Source: an uncultured Acidobacteriaceae bacterium
GTDB lineage: Bacteria; Acidobacteriota; Terriglobia; Terriglobales; Acidobacteriaceae
Reading direction: 5' to 3'
Assembly: GCA_963703635.1 (NCBI GenBank)
Contig: CAVPEZ010000029.1
Span: 3,311-67,310 of the forward strand
DNA: 64,000 nt
The notes beneath the pieces are model-generated. The model was not told the origin of the DNA. It did not search any database and saw only the letters and a program-made list of their open reading frames with translations. Within the stretch, counting starts at the first letter, position 1. Each line of letters starts with the position of its first letter. The position numbers and the translations under genes were made by a program. Positions 45,018 through 54,344 of the stretch are shown here, piece by piece.

Positions 45018-46235
45018 ATGACCGACCGCCTCTACTACGACGATTCTTTTCTTTACGACTTTGACGCCGAAGTTCGCTCGGTGGTTGAAGCCCCGCGCCC
45101 GGCGGTCATTCTCGACCGCACAGCTTTCTACCCCACCAGCGGCGGCCAGGTCCACGACACTGGCTGGTTAGTTTCTGCAGACAACAAGTTCCGCGTAACC
45201 GATGTCGCCGACACCGAAGACGGCCACGTCGTCCACTACCTGGACGCTCCGCTCAAAGACGTGCAGCCTGGAACCCGCGTTCGCGGCGAAATCGACGCTG
45301 CCCGCCGCCGCGATCACATGCAGCAACATTCCGCCCAGCACGTGCTCTCCGCCGCCTTCGTGCGCCTTTTCAATATGCCCACCGTCTCGTTCCACATGGC
45401 CGACGATTACTGCTCCATCGACCTTGACACGCCCTCGCTGAGTAAAGACCAAGTTGAAGCTGCAGAACGCCTGACCAACGAAATCGTCCTGGAGAATCGG
45501 TTGGTGGACATCCGCTTCGTAACTAGAGAGGAAGCCACGAATCTTGGCCTGCGCAAACTTCCGCCCGCCGAGCGCGACCAACTGCGGCTCATCGACATCC
45601 GCGACTTCGATCTCACGGCCTGCGGCGGCACGCATGTGAGCCGTACGGGACAGATCGGGGGCGTCTTCCTGCGCAAGTCTGAAAAAGTTCGCCAGGGATA
45701 CCGCGTCGAGTTCGTCGCCGGCCAACGCGCAGTGGTCACAGCGCGACGCGATTTCAATACGCTCACCGAAACCGCCGCGCTATTTTCCGCCCACATCTAC
45801 GACGTGCCGCAACAAGCCCGCAAGTCTCTCGACGAGATCCGTTCGCTGCGCAAGGAGTTTGAGCAATCGCGGGAAGAATTGGCCGCCGCTCAGGCCGCAG
45901 CCTTGTTAGCGGAAACTCCCGAGAGCGACGGCCGCAAGGTGGTCGTGCGCACTTTCTCCGGCCACGATCTTAATTTCATCAAACTGCTGGCCCAGAAGCT
46001 GACGCGGCAAGCGCCCGCAGTGATCGCGCTGCTCGCCACCGAGTCGCCGCAGCCCGCAATCGTCTTCGCTCAATCCGCCGGCCAGCCCCACGACATGGGC
46101 GCGCTGTTGAAAGTAACCATGGCCAAGCTCGGCGGCCGCGGCGGTGGTACCAAAGACTTGGCCCAGGGCGGAGTGCCCCAGCCCACAGGGATAGCCGCCG
46201 CCCTGGCCGCCGCCGCCCAAACCCTCACGCCCTGA
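45018..46235 (+). CDS. alaX: alanyl-tRNA editing protein, AlaX-L type (editing domain + DHHA1-like C-terminus)
   Basis: YPTSGGQVHDTG, the HxxxH motif (HMQQHSAQH) and CGGTH zinc motif of the AlaRS/ThrRS second additional domain. I chose the start at the ATG at 45018 (MTDRLYYDD...). Confidence 0.85.
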   Translation: MTDRLYYDDSFLYDFDAEVRSVVEAPRPAVILDRTAFYPTSGGQVHDTGWLVSADNKFRVTDVADTEDGHVVHYLDAPLKDVQPGTRVRGEIDAARRRDHMQQHSAQHVLSAAFVRLFNMPTVSFHMADDYCSIDLDTPSLSKDQVEAAERLTNEIVLENRLVDIRFVTREEATNLGLRKLPPAERDQLRLIDIRDFDLTACGGTHVSRTGQIGGVFLRKSEKVRQGYRVEFVAGQRAVVTARRDFNTLTETAALFSAHIYDVPQQARKSLDEIRSLRKEFEQSREELAAAQAAALLAETPESDGRKVVVRTFSGHDLNFIKLLAQKLTRQAPAVIALLATESPQPAIVFAQSAGQPHDMGALLKVTMAKLGGRGGGTKDLAQGGVPQPTGIAAALAAAAQTLTP

Positions 46236-46358
46236 CCCGCCACCAACCAAAAACAAAAGCCCCCACCGAGAACGAGGTCTCATGGAGGCATGTTCAGTTT
46301 CCAGTTTCAGTTTCTAGCTTCCGGTTCAAAGGCCACTAGAAACTCTGATCCCCTTGCC

Positions 46359-46592
46359 TTAAGCGATACGACTCCGCCGCCCGCCCTTTTCCCACCAAAC
46401 TGCGGGATCCTCAGGCCGATTAAGCATCTGCGACAGCTCCTTTTTAATCTCCACCAGGCGGTTGGCGCGCATTTCTACCGCCGATTGGTCGATCTGGCTG
46501 TCCGCCGTCCTGGCTGCTGCGCGAACGTTCATGTTCCGTAAATCCGTGATCTCCTGACGAAGGCTGGTGAGGTGTTCCAGGATATAAGGCAT
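46359..46592 (-). CDS. hypothetical small protein (77 aa)
   Basis: MPYILEHLTSLRQEITDLRNMNVRAAARTADSQIDQSAVEMRANRLVEIKKELSQML... has helical, protein-like composition. No family recognised. Confidence 0.4.
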   Translation of the reverse strand: MPYILEHLTSLRQEITDLRNMNVRAAARTADSQIDQSAVEMRANRLVEIKKELSQMLNRPEDPAVWWEKGGRRSRIA

Positions 46593-46784
46593 ATCTTGAT
46601 CATACCCTATATTTCCCAACCCGCCGCTTTATAATCGCCTATGCGGACTGATTTGGGCCTGAAATCGGGCTCCCTGAGGCCCCGCCGCATCCAACCCGCG
46701 GTTCTGGGCATCGAACAGACGCCGAGATTTCAGGAACTTTTGCAAGCAGGAACTAAAGACAATTACGCGAGGAGAAAACAGTCT

Positions 46785-47420
46785 ATGGCCAAGAAAGACC
46801 GCAACGCGATAACCCCCGCCGCCGAGCGAGGAAACCTGAGCGCCCAGCCTCGTCTTCACCAGAGTGCTCCCGAAATTCAAGCATACGGCACCGTTTCGCA
46901 CATGTTGCCGCTCGACCTTGAAGAGCCGGTTCGCCTGGAAATGACCGAACAACTCAACCTGTTGCTAGCCGACACCATGACTTTGCGCGATCTGTATAAG
47001 AAATCGCATTGGCAAGTCGCGGGACCAACTTTCTATCAGCTGCATCTCCTGTTCGACAAACATTACGGAGAGCAGTCGGAGATCGTCGATACGATCGCCG
47101 AACGCATACAACTTCTCGGTGGGGTCTCGATTGCCATGGCTGCCGACGTGGCCGAAACCACGCGCATCGCGCGTCCGCCGCGGGGCAGGGAAGAAGTGCC
47201 CGTGCAGATTTCCCGCCTGCTGGATGCGCACCAGATCATCATCGGCCATTGCCGCACGCTGGCGGAGCGTGCGGACAAACTGGGCGACGACGGCACCAAC
47301 GATCTGGCCGTCAGCGACGTACTGCGGACCAATGAACTACAGGTCTGGTTCCTCAGCGAACATCTTGTGGATGCTCCCCTCGTACACGCGGAACAGCCGC
47401 GGCTGCGGAGCGCCAGCTAA
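46785..47420 (+). CDS. dps: Dps-family DNA-protection/ferritin-like protein
   Basis: LNLLLADTMTLRDLYKKSHWQVAGPTFYQLHLLFDKHYGEQSEIVDTIAERIQLLGG is the Dps ferroxidase-centre region. GAGGAG RBS before the ATG at 46785. The longer ORF from 46641 is rejected. Confidence 0.9.
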   Translation: MAKKDRNAITPAAERGNLSAQPRLHQSAPEIQAYGTVSHMLPLDLEEPVRLEMTEQLNLLLADTMTLRDLYKKSHWQVAGPTFYQLHLLFDKHYGEQSEIVDTIAERIQLLGGVSIAMAADVAETTRIARPPRGREEVPVQISRLLDAHQIIIGHCRTLAERADKLGDDGTNDLAVSDVLRTNELQVWFLSEHLVDAPLVHAEQPRLRSAS

Positions 47421-47438
47421 TCCAGCCTTCAACCCCTC

Positions 47439-47475
47439 GAGCAGGCTCTGGCGCAGAGCCTGCTCGTCTTTCATT
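47439..47475 (+). terminator. rho-independent terminator of dps
   Basis: GAGCAGGCTCTG-GCG-CAGAGCCTGCTC, a perfect 12-bp stem, followed by GTCTTTCATTT. Confidence 0.75.
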
Positions 47476-47526
47476 TCGTCACTTCGGTCATTCGTCACTT
47501 CGGTCATTCGTCACTTCAGTTCGTTG
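47472..47526. repeat. 16/17-bp tandem direct repeat (3 units), intergenic
   Basis: CATTTCGTCACTTCGGT / CATTCGTCACTTCGGT / CATTCGTCACTTCAGT, then a partial TCGTTG. It lies between the dps terminator and the Rieske oxygenase start. Confidence 0.85.
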
Positions 47527-47571
47527 TCGCCCGGCAAAGCAGACTGCTACTATGGAACTCCACGGTAAAAA

Positions 47572-48711
47572 GTGGAGACCATGCATCCTTCCATCGAACA
47601 TATCCTTTCCAGTTATGACGAGCGCGCCCCGCTGTCGCAGGCCTCAACCATTCCGGCAGCCTGGTATGTTGACTCCCGCATCGCCGACCTCGAACGTTTG
47701 AGCGTGTTCAGCAAGACCTGGCAACTGGTCGCGCGCACCGATCAGGTGAAAACGCCGGGAAAGTTTGTTCGCGCTACGGTCGCCGGTGAGCCGCTTGTTG
47801 TTGTCCGCGGCAACGACGGCATTCTGCGCGCCTTCTACAACGTGTGCCGCCACCACGCCGCCGCGGTCGTAACCGAACCATGCGGCCAGGCTTCTCTATT
47901 GCATTGTCCTTATCACGGATGGAACTATGGCCTGGATGGCTCGCTGAAGGGCATGCCTGAATTCGAAGAAGTCGAGAACTTCGAGCGCGCGCAAAACGGC
48001 CTCGTTCCTGTGCGAGTCGAAACCTGGGAGTGCTTCGTCTTCGTCAACCTCGACGACCATGCAATCCCGCTGGCCGACTTTCTGGGCGGCCTCGTCCAAC
48101 ATGTCGCGCCTCTCAGCGTCGCCAAGTTGCACTACTTTGATCGCCGAACCTATGACATCCATTGCAACTGGAAAGTCTTCGTCGATAACTACCTCGACGG
48201 CGGTTACCACGTTCCCCATCTGCACAAGGGTCTGAATTCGGTGCTCGATTACAAGCAGTACACTATTGAGAACGAGGACCGGTACTGTCTGCAATCGAGT
48301 CCGATGGTGGTTTCTGAAGAAGATGCCGCCACTGGAGCCGCGCGCAAAGGCGACCGTGCCTGGTACTTCTGGCAGCATCCTAACTTGATGATTAACTGCT
48401 ACGAAGGGTACATGGACACCAACCTCGTGATCCCCGTTGACGTCGATCATTGCACGGTGATCTTCGATTTCTACTTCGCGGACATCAGCGACGCGCGCCG
48501 CGAATACAACGAGCAGTCGGTGATCGTGGGCAATCGGGTGCAAGAAGAAGATCTCGGCATCTGCGAAGATGTACAGCGCGGCTTAAAATCGCGAGCCTAT
48601 CGTGCCGGACGCCTTTCCGTGCGCCGTGAGGCCGGAGAACAGTTATTTCACCGTCTGCTCGCCGCCGATCTTAGACGCGGCTGGGCGCTCTCGTCGGTGG
48701 CCGCCGATTAG
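47572..48711 (+). CDS. Rieske [2Fe-2S] aromatic-ring-hydroxylating oxygenase, alpha subunit-like
   Basis: The Rieske motif is CRHHAAAV...CPYHGWNY. The C-terminal catalytic domain has YHVPHLH-type iron ligands. Start is GTG at 47572 or ATG at 47581. Confidence 0.85.
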   Translation: METMHPSIEHILSSYDERAPLSQASTIPAAWYVDSRIADLERLSVFSKTWQLVARTDQVKTPGKFVRATVAGEPLVVVRGNDGILRAFYNVCRHHAAAVVTEPCGQASLLHCPYHGWNYGLDGSLKGMPEFEEVENFERAQNGLVPVRVETWECFVFVNLDDHAIPLADFLGGLVQHVAPLSVAKLHYFDRRTYDIHCNWKVFVDNYLDGGYHVPHLHKGLNSVLDYKQYTIENEDRYCLQSSPMVVSEEDAATGAARKGDRAWYFWQHPNLMINCYEGYMDTNLVIPVDVDHCTVIFDFYFADISDARREYNEQSVIVGNRVQEEDLGICEDVQRGLKSRAYRAGRLSVRREAGEQLFHRLLAADLRRGWALSSVAAD

Positions 48712-48724
48712 CGGGGATGGAAAC

Positions 48725-50119
48725 TCAATCCTGAGAGCCTTGTTCCCGCCGCATCGCCCGCAGATCGATCCCTAGATGCTCCGCCTTCTTATAAAGATGG
48801 CTGCGCTCCAGCCCCAGCGACTTCGCGGCCAGACTCACGTTTGAGTGGCTGCGCTTTAACTCCGCCAGGATGACTTCCCGCTCAAAAGCGTCCACCCGCT
48901 CAGCCAGCGCTCCCGAAGAGAAAGAGGAAGACCCCGCGACGCCACTACTCCCGCCTTTCGGCAGCGCTATTTGCGCGGTCTCAAAATCGACCTGACTACC
49001 GGTCGCGAGCAGCATCAGCCGCTCCACCATGTTGCGCAACTCCCGCACATTCCCCGGCCACGCGTGCGACTGCAGAGCCTCCATCGCCTCCGGAGTAAAC
49101 GGAACCGGCTTCCATCCATTCTGCGCGCTAACTTGCGCCGCGAAATGGCTGACGAGCGCCGGAATGTCCTCCCGCCGTTCGCGCAGCGGCGGCAACATCA
49201 GTGGAAAGACATAAATGCGATGAAATAAATCCTGACGGAACTTGTCCTCGCGCACCCGCGCTTCCAGGTCGCGATGCGTTGCCACCACCACGCGCACATC
49301 CACGCTCACCGGCTTATCGCCGCCGATGCGCTCCACTTCTCCTTCTTCGAGCACGCGCAGCAGCTTGGCCTGCATCGCCAGCGGCATATCGCCAATCTCA
49401 TCCAGAAAGATTGTGCCGCGATCCGCCTGCTCGAACTTTCCGATGTGCCGCCCTGCCGCGCCGGTGAACGATCCTTTCTCGTGCCCGAAAAGTTCCGACT
49501 CAATCAGCTCCGCCGGAACCGCCGCGCAATTCAACGTCACAAACGCGCCGACGGCGCGGGAACTGCGATCATGAATCGTCCGCGCCACTAGTTCTTTTCC
49601 AGTTCCCGTTTCTCCCAGAATGCAAACCCTCGTCTCACTCGCCGCCACGCGATCCAGTTGCGCCATTACGCGCTGCATGGCCGCACCCTGCCAGACGATC
49701 TCGTGCTTGCCCAGCCGCTGCTTGAGCTGCCGGTTCTCACTCTCCAGTCGCTGCAGCTTCAGCGCATTCTCGACCGTCAGCAAAAGTTTTTCGGTGGAGA
49801 TCGGCTTCTCCAGGAAATCCAGCGCCCCCAGCCGCGTAGCTCGGACCGCCATTTCAATATCCGCCTGCCCTGACATCATCACGACTGGCGCTGTCACTCC
49901 CTGCGACTTGAATTCTTCCAGCAGCGCCAGTCCGCCTTTGCCGGGCATCACCACATCGGAGAGGATCACATCGAAGTTCTGTGCCTTGGCCAGTTCCAGC
50001 GCCTTGGCCGCGTTGTCGCACACGGTAGCCTCATGCCCCGCCAGGCGAAACGCCCGTGCCAGCGATGCCAGCGTGTTCGCTTCATCATCCACAATCAGCA
50101 GATGTGCTCTCGTTGCCAA
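48725..50119 (-). CDS. sigma54-dependent response regulator (NtrC family: REC + AAA+ + Fis HTH)
   Basis: LLIVDDE...DVILSDVVMPG receiver. GETGTGKE Walker A. The GAFTGA-type loop reads GSFTGA. C-terminal HTH ...SHSNVSLAAKSLGLERSHLYKK. Confidence 0.92.
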   Translation of the reverse strand: MATRAHLLIVDDEANTLASLARAFRLAGHEATVCDNAAKALELAKAQNFDVILSDVVMPGKGGLALLEEFKSQGVTAPVVMMSGQADIEMAVRATRLGALDFLEKPISTEKLLLTVENALKLQRLESENRQLKQRLGKHEIVWQGAAMQRVMAQLDRVAASETRVCILGETGTGKELVARTIHDRSSRAVGAFVTLNCAAVPAELIESELFGHEKGSFTGAAGRHIGKFEQADRGTIFLDEIGDMPLAMQAKLLRVLEEGEVERIGGDKPVSVDVRVVVATHRDLEARVREDKFRQDLFHRIYVFPLMLPPLRERREDIPALVSHFAAQVSAQNGWKPVPFTPEAMEALQSHAWPGNVRELRNMVERLMLLATGSQVDFETAQIALPKGGSSGVAGSSSFSSGALAERVDAFEREVILAELKRSHSNVSLAAKSLGLERSHLYKKAEHLGIDLRAMRREQGSQD

Positions 50120-50182
50120 ACATCCTCCGAATCTTTTCGCGCGCTTGGCGTTCGTAACGGATCTAGCTTCTCGGCAGCTCGA

Positions 50183-51964
50183 TCACAAATGTTGTGCCTT
50201 GCCCGGCTCGCTCTGCACTCGGACTCTTCCTCCATGATCGCTCACGACGGACTGAACAATGGCCAGCCCCAGCCCGGTGCCATGCTGCTTGCTCGTATAA
50301 TAAGGAGTAAAGATCTGCGCACACTCCTCAGGCGTCAACCCCGAACCCGTATCCGCCACCTCGATCAGCAATTTGCCGTCGTCATTTCGCGTGCGCAAGG
50401 TCAGTGTTCCGCCTTGCGGCATCGCATCCATCGCATTCAGGACGAGATTTGAAAGTGCCCGGTGCAACAACTCTGCGTCCGCCGCCACCGGTTCCAGGTG
50501 CGGATCAAGTTGCAGCTCACAACTGATCTTCGCACGCCCCGGCGCTTCCAGTTGCGCCTGAAAAAGCTGCAGCACGCCCCGAATCACCTCATTCACCTGC
50601 ACTCGCTGCAACTGCGGCTGCGGCATCTTCGAGAACTCGCTGAATCGCCCAATGATGCCCTTCAGATTCGCGATCTCTGCCAACAGGGTCCGCGAACTCT
50701 CCCGGAATACTTCCTCGAACTGCTCCGGATTCTGCTGCCGCGCCCGCACCAGATTCTCCACCGTAAGCTGCAGCGGAAACAGCGGATTCTTCAATTCATG
50801 CGCCAGCCGCCGTGCCAGCTCCCGCCAGGCGGCCACTCGTTCCGCTTGCAACAGACGCTCCCGTTGCCCCAGCAACTCTGTGGTCATTCGATTGAAAGAA
50901 TCCGCCAGTTGTCCCAATTCATCTTCGCCGTTCACGTCCACTCGCACGTTCCAGTTTCCTGCCGCAACTTCTTGCGCCGCGTGCGCCAGTTGCTCGACCG
51001 GACGCGTCACCCGCGCCGCCGCCCAACTGCTCAACAGAATCGCCAGCAGAATCCCTCCGCCTGCCACCAGCAACGCCGCCGAGCGGATGTGACGCTTCAA
51101 CTCAACATACGTCCGCCGCGAGTTGCCGATCAGCAGAATCGCCAGCAATGGACGATTCTTACCCGCGCCCGCTCCCAGCAGCGGGATAGCATGAAACACT
51201 TCATCCTCGGCCTCGTCGCCAGACCACGGCACCACCGCCGTCATCTCTTGCCCAAACACCCGTACCGCATCGATCAGCGGCCGCAGCTTTTCCGGGGAAT
51301 GCGTCTTGTCAACGGAAGAAGCAGAAGGATCGATCAGCAGCTTCGGCGAGAAATGATCGCTGCGATTCTCATACAGCAATGCCCGCATGCCCGCCGGCAC
51401 GTCCAAGCCAGCGAGAAAAGTCTTATCCAGACGCCGCCCGCCAATTACGTAGACCGGATGTTCCCCCACCCGCGTCGCACGCACCGCGAACAGACCCAAC
51501 GCAGTTCCATCCTGCAATTCCTCCTGTTTCAAAAACGCTCCCTGGTCAGCCTCTGCGGAGAAGCTGCCAACTGCGCCTTCCGGATATCCAAACTTCGCCG
51601 GCCACTGCGCCGAGGAAATGATGGTCCCATCACTTTTGGCAAACTCCAGAAAATCGAGTTGACTATTCTCCGCCGTCGTTTTCGCCAGTTCGAAGTACGG
51701 ACCAGAATCCGCTTGAGGGCGGTTCAACTTCAGCGTCATGTGGCTCGCTTCTTCCGAGGCCGCAATGGCCGCCACCCGCCGCGCCACATCCTCGCCCTGC
51801 CGGTTGAACTCCCGCCGGAACTGCGTGACCAGCGCCGCCGTTCTTTCATCCTCAGTGCGGTCGAAGGCCCGCCGCGTTACCGCCGATACCAGCAATGCCA
51901 CTGCTGCCACCGACAGAAACACCGTCAGCGCGAATACGCCCAGCAGTTTGCGGCGAAACATCAT
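50183..51964 (-). CDS. sensor histidine kinase (two TM helices, periplasmic domain, HAMP, HisKA, HATPase_c), NtrY-like
   Basis: H-box ...LARRLAHELKNPLFPLQL.... N-box LSNLVLNAMDA. G-boxes DTGSGL and GTGLGLAIV. I chose the start at MMFRRK (51964). The ORF stays open to 52051. Confidence 0.85.
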   Translation of the reverse strand: MMFRRKLLGVFALTVFLSVAAVALLVSAVTRRAFDRTEDERTAALVTQFRREFNRQGEDVARRVAAIAASEEASHMTLKLNRPQADSGPYFELAKTTAENSQLDFLEFAKSDGTIISSAQWPAKFGYPEGAVGSFSAEADQGAFLKQEELQDGTALGLFAVRATRVGEHPVYVIGGRRLDKTFLAGLDVPAGMRALLYENRSDHFSPKLLIDPSASSVDKTHSPEKLRPLIDAVRVFGQEMTAVVPWSGDEAEDEVFHAIPLLGAGAGKNRPLLAILLIGNSRRTYVELKRHIRSAALLVAGGGILLAILLSSWAAARVTRPVEQLAHAAQEVAAGNWNVRVDVNGEDELGQLADSFNRMTTELLGQRERLLQAERVAAWRELARRLAHELKNPLFPLQLTVENLVRARQQNPEQFEEVFRESSRTLLAEIANLKGIIGRFSEFSKMPQPQLQRVQVNEVIRGVLQLFQAQLEAPGRAKISCELQLDPHLEPVAADAELLHRALSNLVLNAMDAMPQGGTLTLRTRNDDGKLLIEVADTGSGLTPEECAQIFTPYYTSKQHGTGLGLAIVQSVVSDHGGRVRVQSEPGKAQHL

Positions 51965-52284
51965 TCGCTTTCTTTTCCCACCAGGACCAGCTCCGTTCGA
52001 ACCAGCATCTTCCGAACCAGCTTCCGCAGGATGCCATGGAATCGTCTGCATGATATCTCACCCTTCAGTTTCGCCGGTGTAAAAACCCATTCGTGGAGTG
52101 ATCAGGTTTCGGTGGGAGCTTGCGCGGCTGTGATCGGACCTCTCATGCCGAGGGAATGTTTCCATATCTTCGCATCAGGCCGCTGGTCGTTCCGGTAGGA
52201 TATGAATAAAGTTCGTCAGCTTGCCCGGGCGGCCCGCCACAGGGATTTCCCTCAGCAGGCCGCCCACAGCAGCGCCGGCGGAAG

Positions 52285-53667
52285 TTATCTCGTTTGTCGT
52301 TCCGCCTGCTTACTTTGGCTAGCCACATCCATGCCGCGCAAAACGTCGTTGGCAAAAAAGAATTTCCCATCCGCCGGAACCATCATGATCTGCAGCTTGT
52401 CCGAGAGTCGCTCCGCCACGATCTTATTAATCAATAGCGGATTATCCTTCAGAATCGCCGCCTCGCCGTGCAGTCGCTCCGCATCGGCCACTGCCGTTAC
52501 GCGGATTCGATCCGCCTCCGCATCCGCCAGCACTTTCCTTCGCTCGCCCTCAGCTTTGCTGTCCATCACCTTAGCCTGCGCCTCCGCGTCCGCTAGCAGT
52601 TTCCTCCGTTCCCCCTCAGCCTTGCTGTCTATCTCCTTGGCTTGCGCTTCCGCCTCAGCATTTTGGATAGTAGCTTCTTTCCGCGCCTGCGCCTCCAGCC
52701 GGCTCTGCTGGATCTGCTTCTCCTTCAGCGGCAGTGTGTATTGCATCGCGTCCGCTTCGCCCTTCGCCTGCAGCACATGCACCTGCGCTTCGCCTTCCGC
52801 CTGTTTGACTTGCTGCACCTTCGCCGCCTCGGCTTCCAGTTCGGCAATCCGTACTTTCTTGCTCTTCAACTCCGTCTCCACACCCATGCGGTCGTTTTCC
52901 TGCTCCTTCAACAGCAGCGTCTCCAGCCCCTTCGCGTATTCCGGGGGCAACTGGATGTCCCGCAGCATCACCTCTTTCACCACAATTCCATCTGCCGCCA
53001 GCTTTTGCGTGATCAGCCCCGCCGCCCGCTGTCGCACTTCCTCACGCTTCGCGGAAAAGACATCGCGCACCGTGTAGTTCGGAACAATCTCCCGCCAAAC
53101 ACTTGCGACCGTGGGCGGTACGATTTCCGTTTCCACCGGACGCGGCAAATTCCCCTGGATATAATCCAGCCTCTTCGCGTCCAGCCGGTAGCGCACGGTA
53201 ATCGCCAAGCCGAGCGTCAGTCCTTCCTTGGCCTGCACGTCCAGAAGCTGTGGTCTCGTGGGAAGACCACCTGCCGAGGGCTTTGCCAGTTCTGAAGCTC
53301 CAGTAGTAAAGACCTGATCCCGCGTATCGAACAGTGCCACATCCTCCACAAGGGGAACGACCATGTGTACCCCCGGATACAACGTCCCTGGTACTGTCCC
53401 ACTCATTTGGCTTACCCGCACGCCGGCTGTCCCACTCGGCACCACCACGATGCTGAAGGCGATCAACAGCGGTCCCCAGGCCAGCATCGCCAGCGCCAGC
53501 GAGGTCCGCCACCGCACGACAACCGGCGCCGCGCCCACTGCCCCTCCCGGTGTCTCCAGCGCCCGCCGGTACAGCAGTTCGCGATACAGATCGTAGGTGA
53601 GAATGCACACGGCCGCGATCATCATTCCTACGCCGCACGTAATCAGCAAATACTTCAACGCCAGCAT
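52285..53667 (-). CDS. SPFH/Band-7 (prohibitin/flotillin-like) membrane protein with a repeat-containing coiled-coil tail
   Basis: N-terminal TM helices, an SPFH core (…GVRVSQMSGTVPGTLYPGVHMVVPLVEDVALFDTRDQ…), and a long Ala/Glu/Lys coiled coil that contains a 22-aa tandem duplication. Confidence 0.85.
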   Translation of the reverse strand: MLALKYLLITCGVGMMIAAVCILTYDLYRELLYRRALETPGGAVGAAPVVVRWRTSLALAMLAWGPLLIAFSIVVVPSGTAGVRVSQMSGTVPGTLYPGVHMVVPLVEDVALFDTRDQVFTTGASELAKPSAGGLPTRPQLLDVQAKEGLTLGLAITVRYRLDAKRLDYIQGNLPRPVETEIVPPTVASVWREIVPNYTVRDVFSAKREEVRQRAAGLITQKLAADGIVVKEVMLRDIQLPPEYAKGLETLLLKEQENDRMGVETELKSKKVRIAELEAEAAKVQQVKQAEGEAQVHVLQAKGEADAMQYTLPLKEKQIQQSRLEAQARKEATIQNAEAEAQAKEIDSKAEGERRKLLADAEAQAKVMDSKAEGERRKVLADAEADRIRVTAVADAERLHGEAAILKDNPLLINKIVAERLSDKLQIMMVPADGKFFFANDVLRGMDVASQSKQAERQTR

Positions 53668-53686
53668 CGAAGTTCTCCTTTGCGCC

Positions 53687-53851
53687 TCAGCGCCTCTGCT
53701 CTGCTTTTACCGGTGCAGCCTGCTGGACCATCTGCCGCGAAAAGAACAGCCGGAACACCTGCCCGAAAATCAGTTCTTCCGCCAGCAACGCCACCGCTAC
53801 CGAAAAAATCAGGCCCGCCACCACCGCCATGAATGTGATCACCATCTGCAT
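53687..53851 (-). CDS. possible small membrane protein upstream of the SPFH gene
   Basis: MQMVITFMAVVAGLIFSVAVALLAEELIFGQVFRLFF... has one hydrophobic helix. It ends 20 nt before the SPFH gene start. Weak evidence only. Confidence 0.3.
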   Translation of the reverse strand: MQMVITFMAVVAGLIFSVAVALLAEELIFGQVFRLFFSRQMVQQAAPVKAEQRR

Positions 53852-54261
53852 AACGCCCTCCGAAACGAAAATGTGACCCAAAGTCCAAGCGCAAGAAATT
53901 CCTCCGCGATCTCCGCGGCAGTTATCAGCGCTCTCCGCGAGAAAAGCCTTTGAACTCTGTTGCCCTATTGCCCAATTACTTCCAATGCAACTGGCGAGTC
54001 AGCCACCTCAACCGCCCCGCCAAACATCATCGCCAGAACAAGAACGGCAACCACCCAACTCGTCGTCCGACTGTCTGGCATCATTTCGCTAGCTGGTTTC
54101 ATTGCCCCGCCCTCGCACGCATACCTGTAGGGCAGGACGAGCGCCAAACTTCATGCTCCTGAATGCAAATGAGTTAATACAAGCTTCGCAGCCGAATTAG
54201 TGGCCCGCGGAAGACACCGTGTCAGCACCGCCACACCGACTATTTCTGCTTAATTGCCTTA

Positions 54262-54300
54262 CCCTGTGTTTCTCCGTGTACTCTGTGTTAAAGGTCTTTC
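54262..54300 (+). repeat. intergenic CTGTG-rich element, family 2, copy 2
   Basis: CCCTGTGTTTCTCCGTGTACTCTGTGTTAAAGGTCTTTC, about 45 nt upstream of the DUF2252 start codon. Confidence 0.6.
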
Positions 54301-54344
54301 TTCCCCGGTTTGACTTCCAATTCCCGCGCCGCTATCGTTGCCGA

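Noticed and set aside
46641-46784. N-terminal extension of the Dps ORF (MRTDLGLKSGSLRPRRIQ...).
   Set aside because: The extension is Arg-rich and implausible. A GAGGAG RBS precedes the internal ATG at 46785, which gives a normal Dps N-terminal tail.
50462-52198. 578-aa + strand ORF, antisense to the histidine kinase gene. Similar long antisense ORFs occur at 26812-27969, 33773-34771, 23999-24901, 10955-11803 and 13267-14037.
   Set aside because: The composition is extremely Arg/Gln/Pro/His-rich with no domains. In each case the opposite strand encodes a well-supported protein. These are GC3-driven open frames, not genes.
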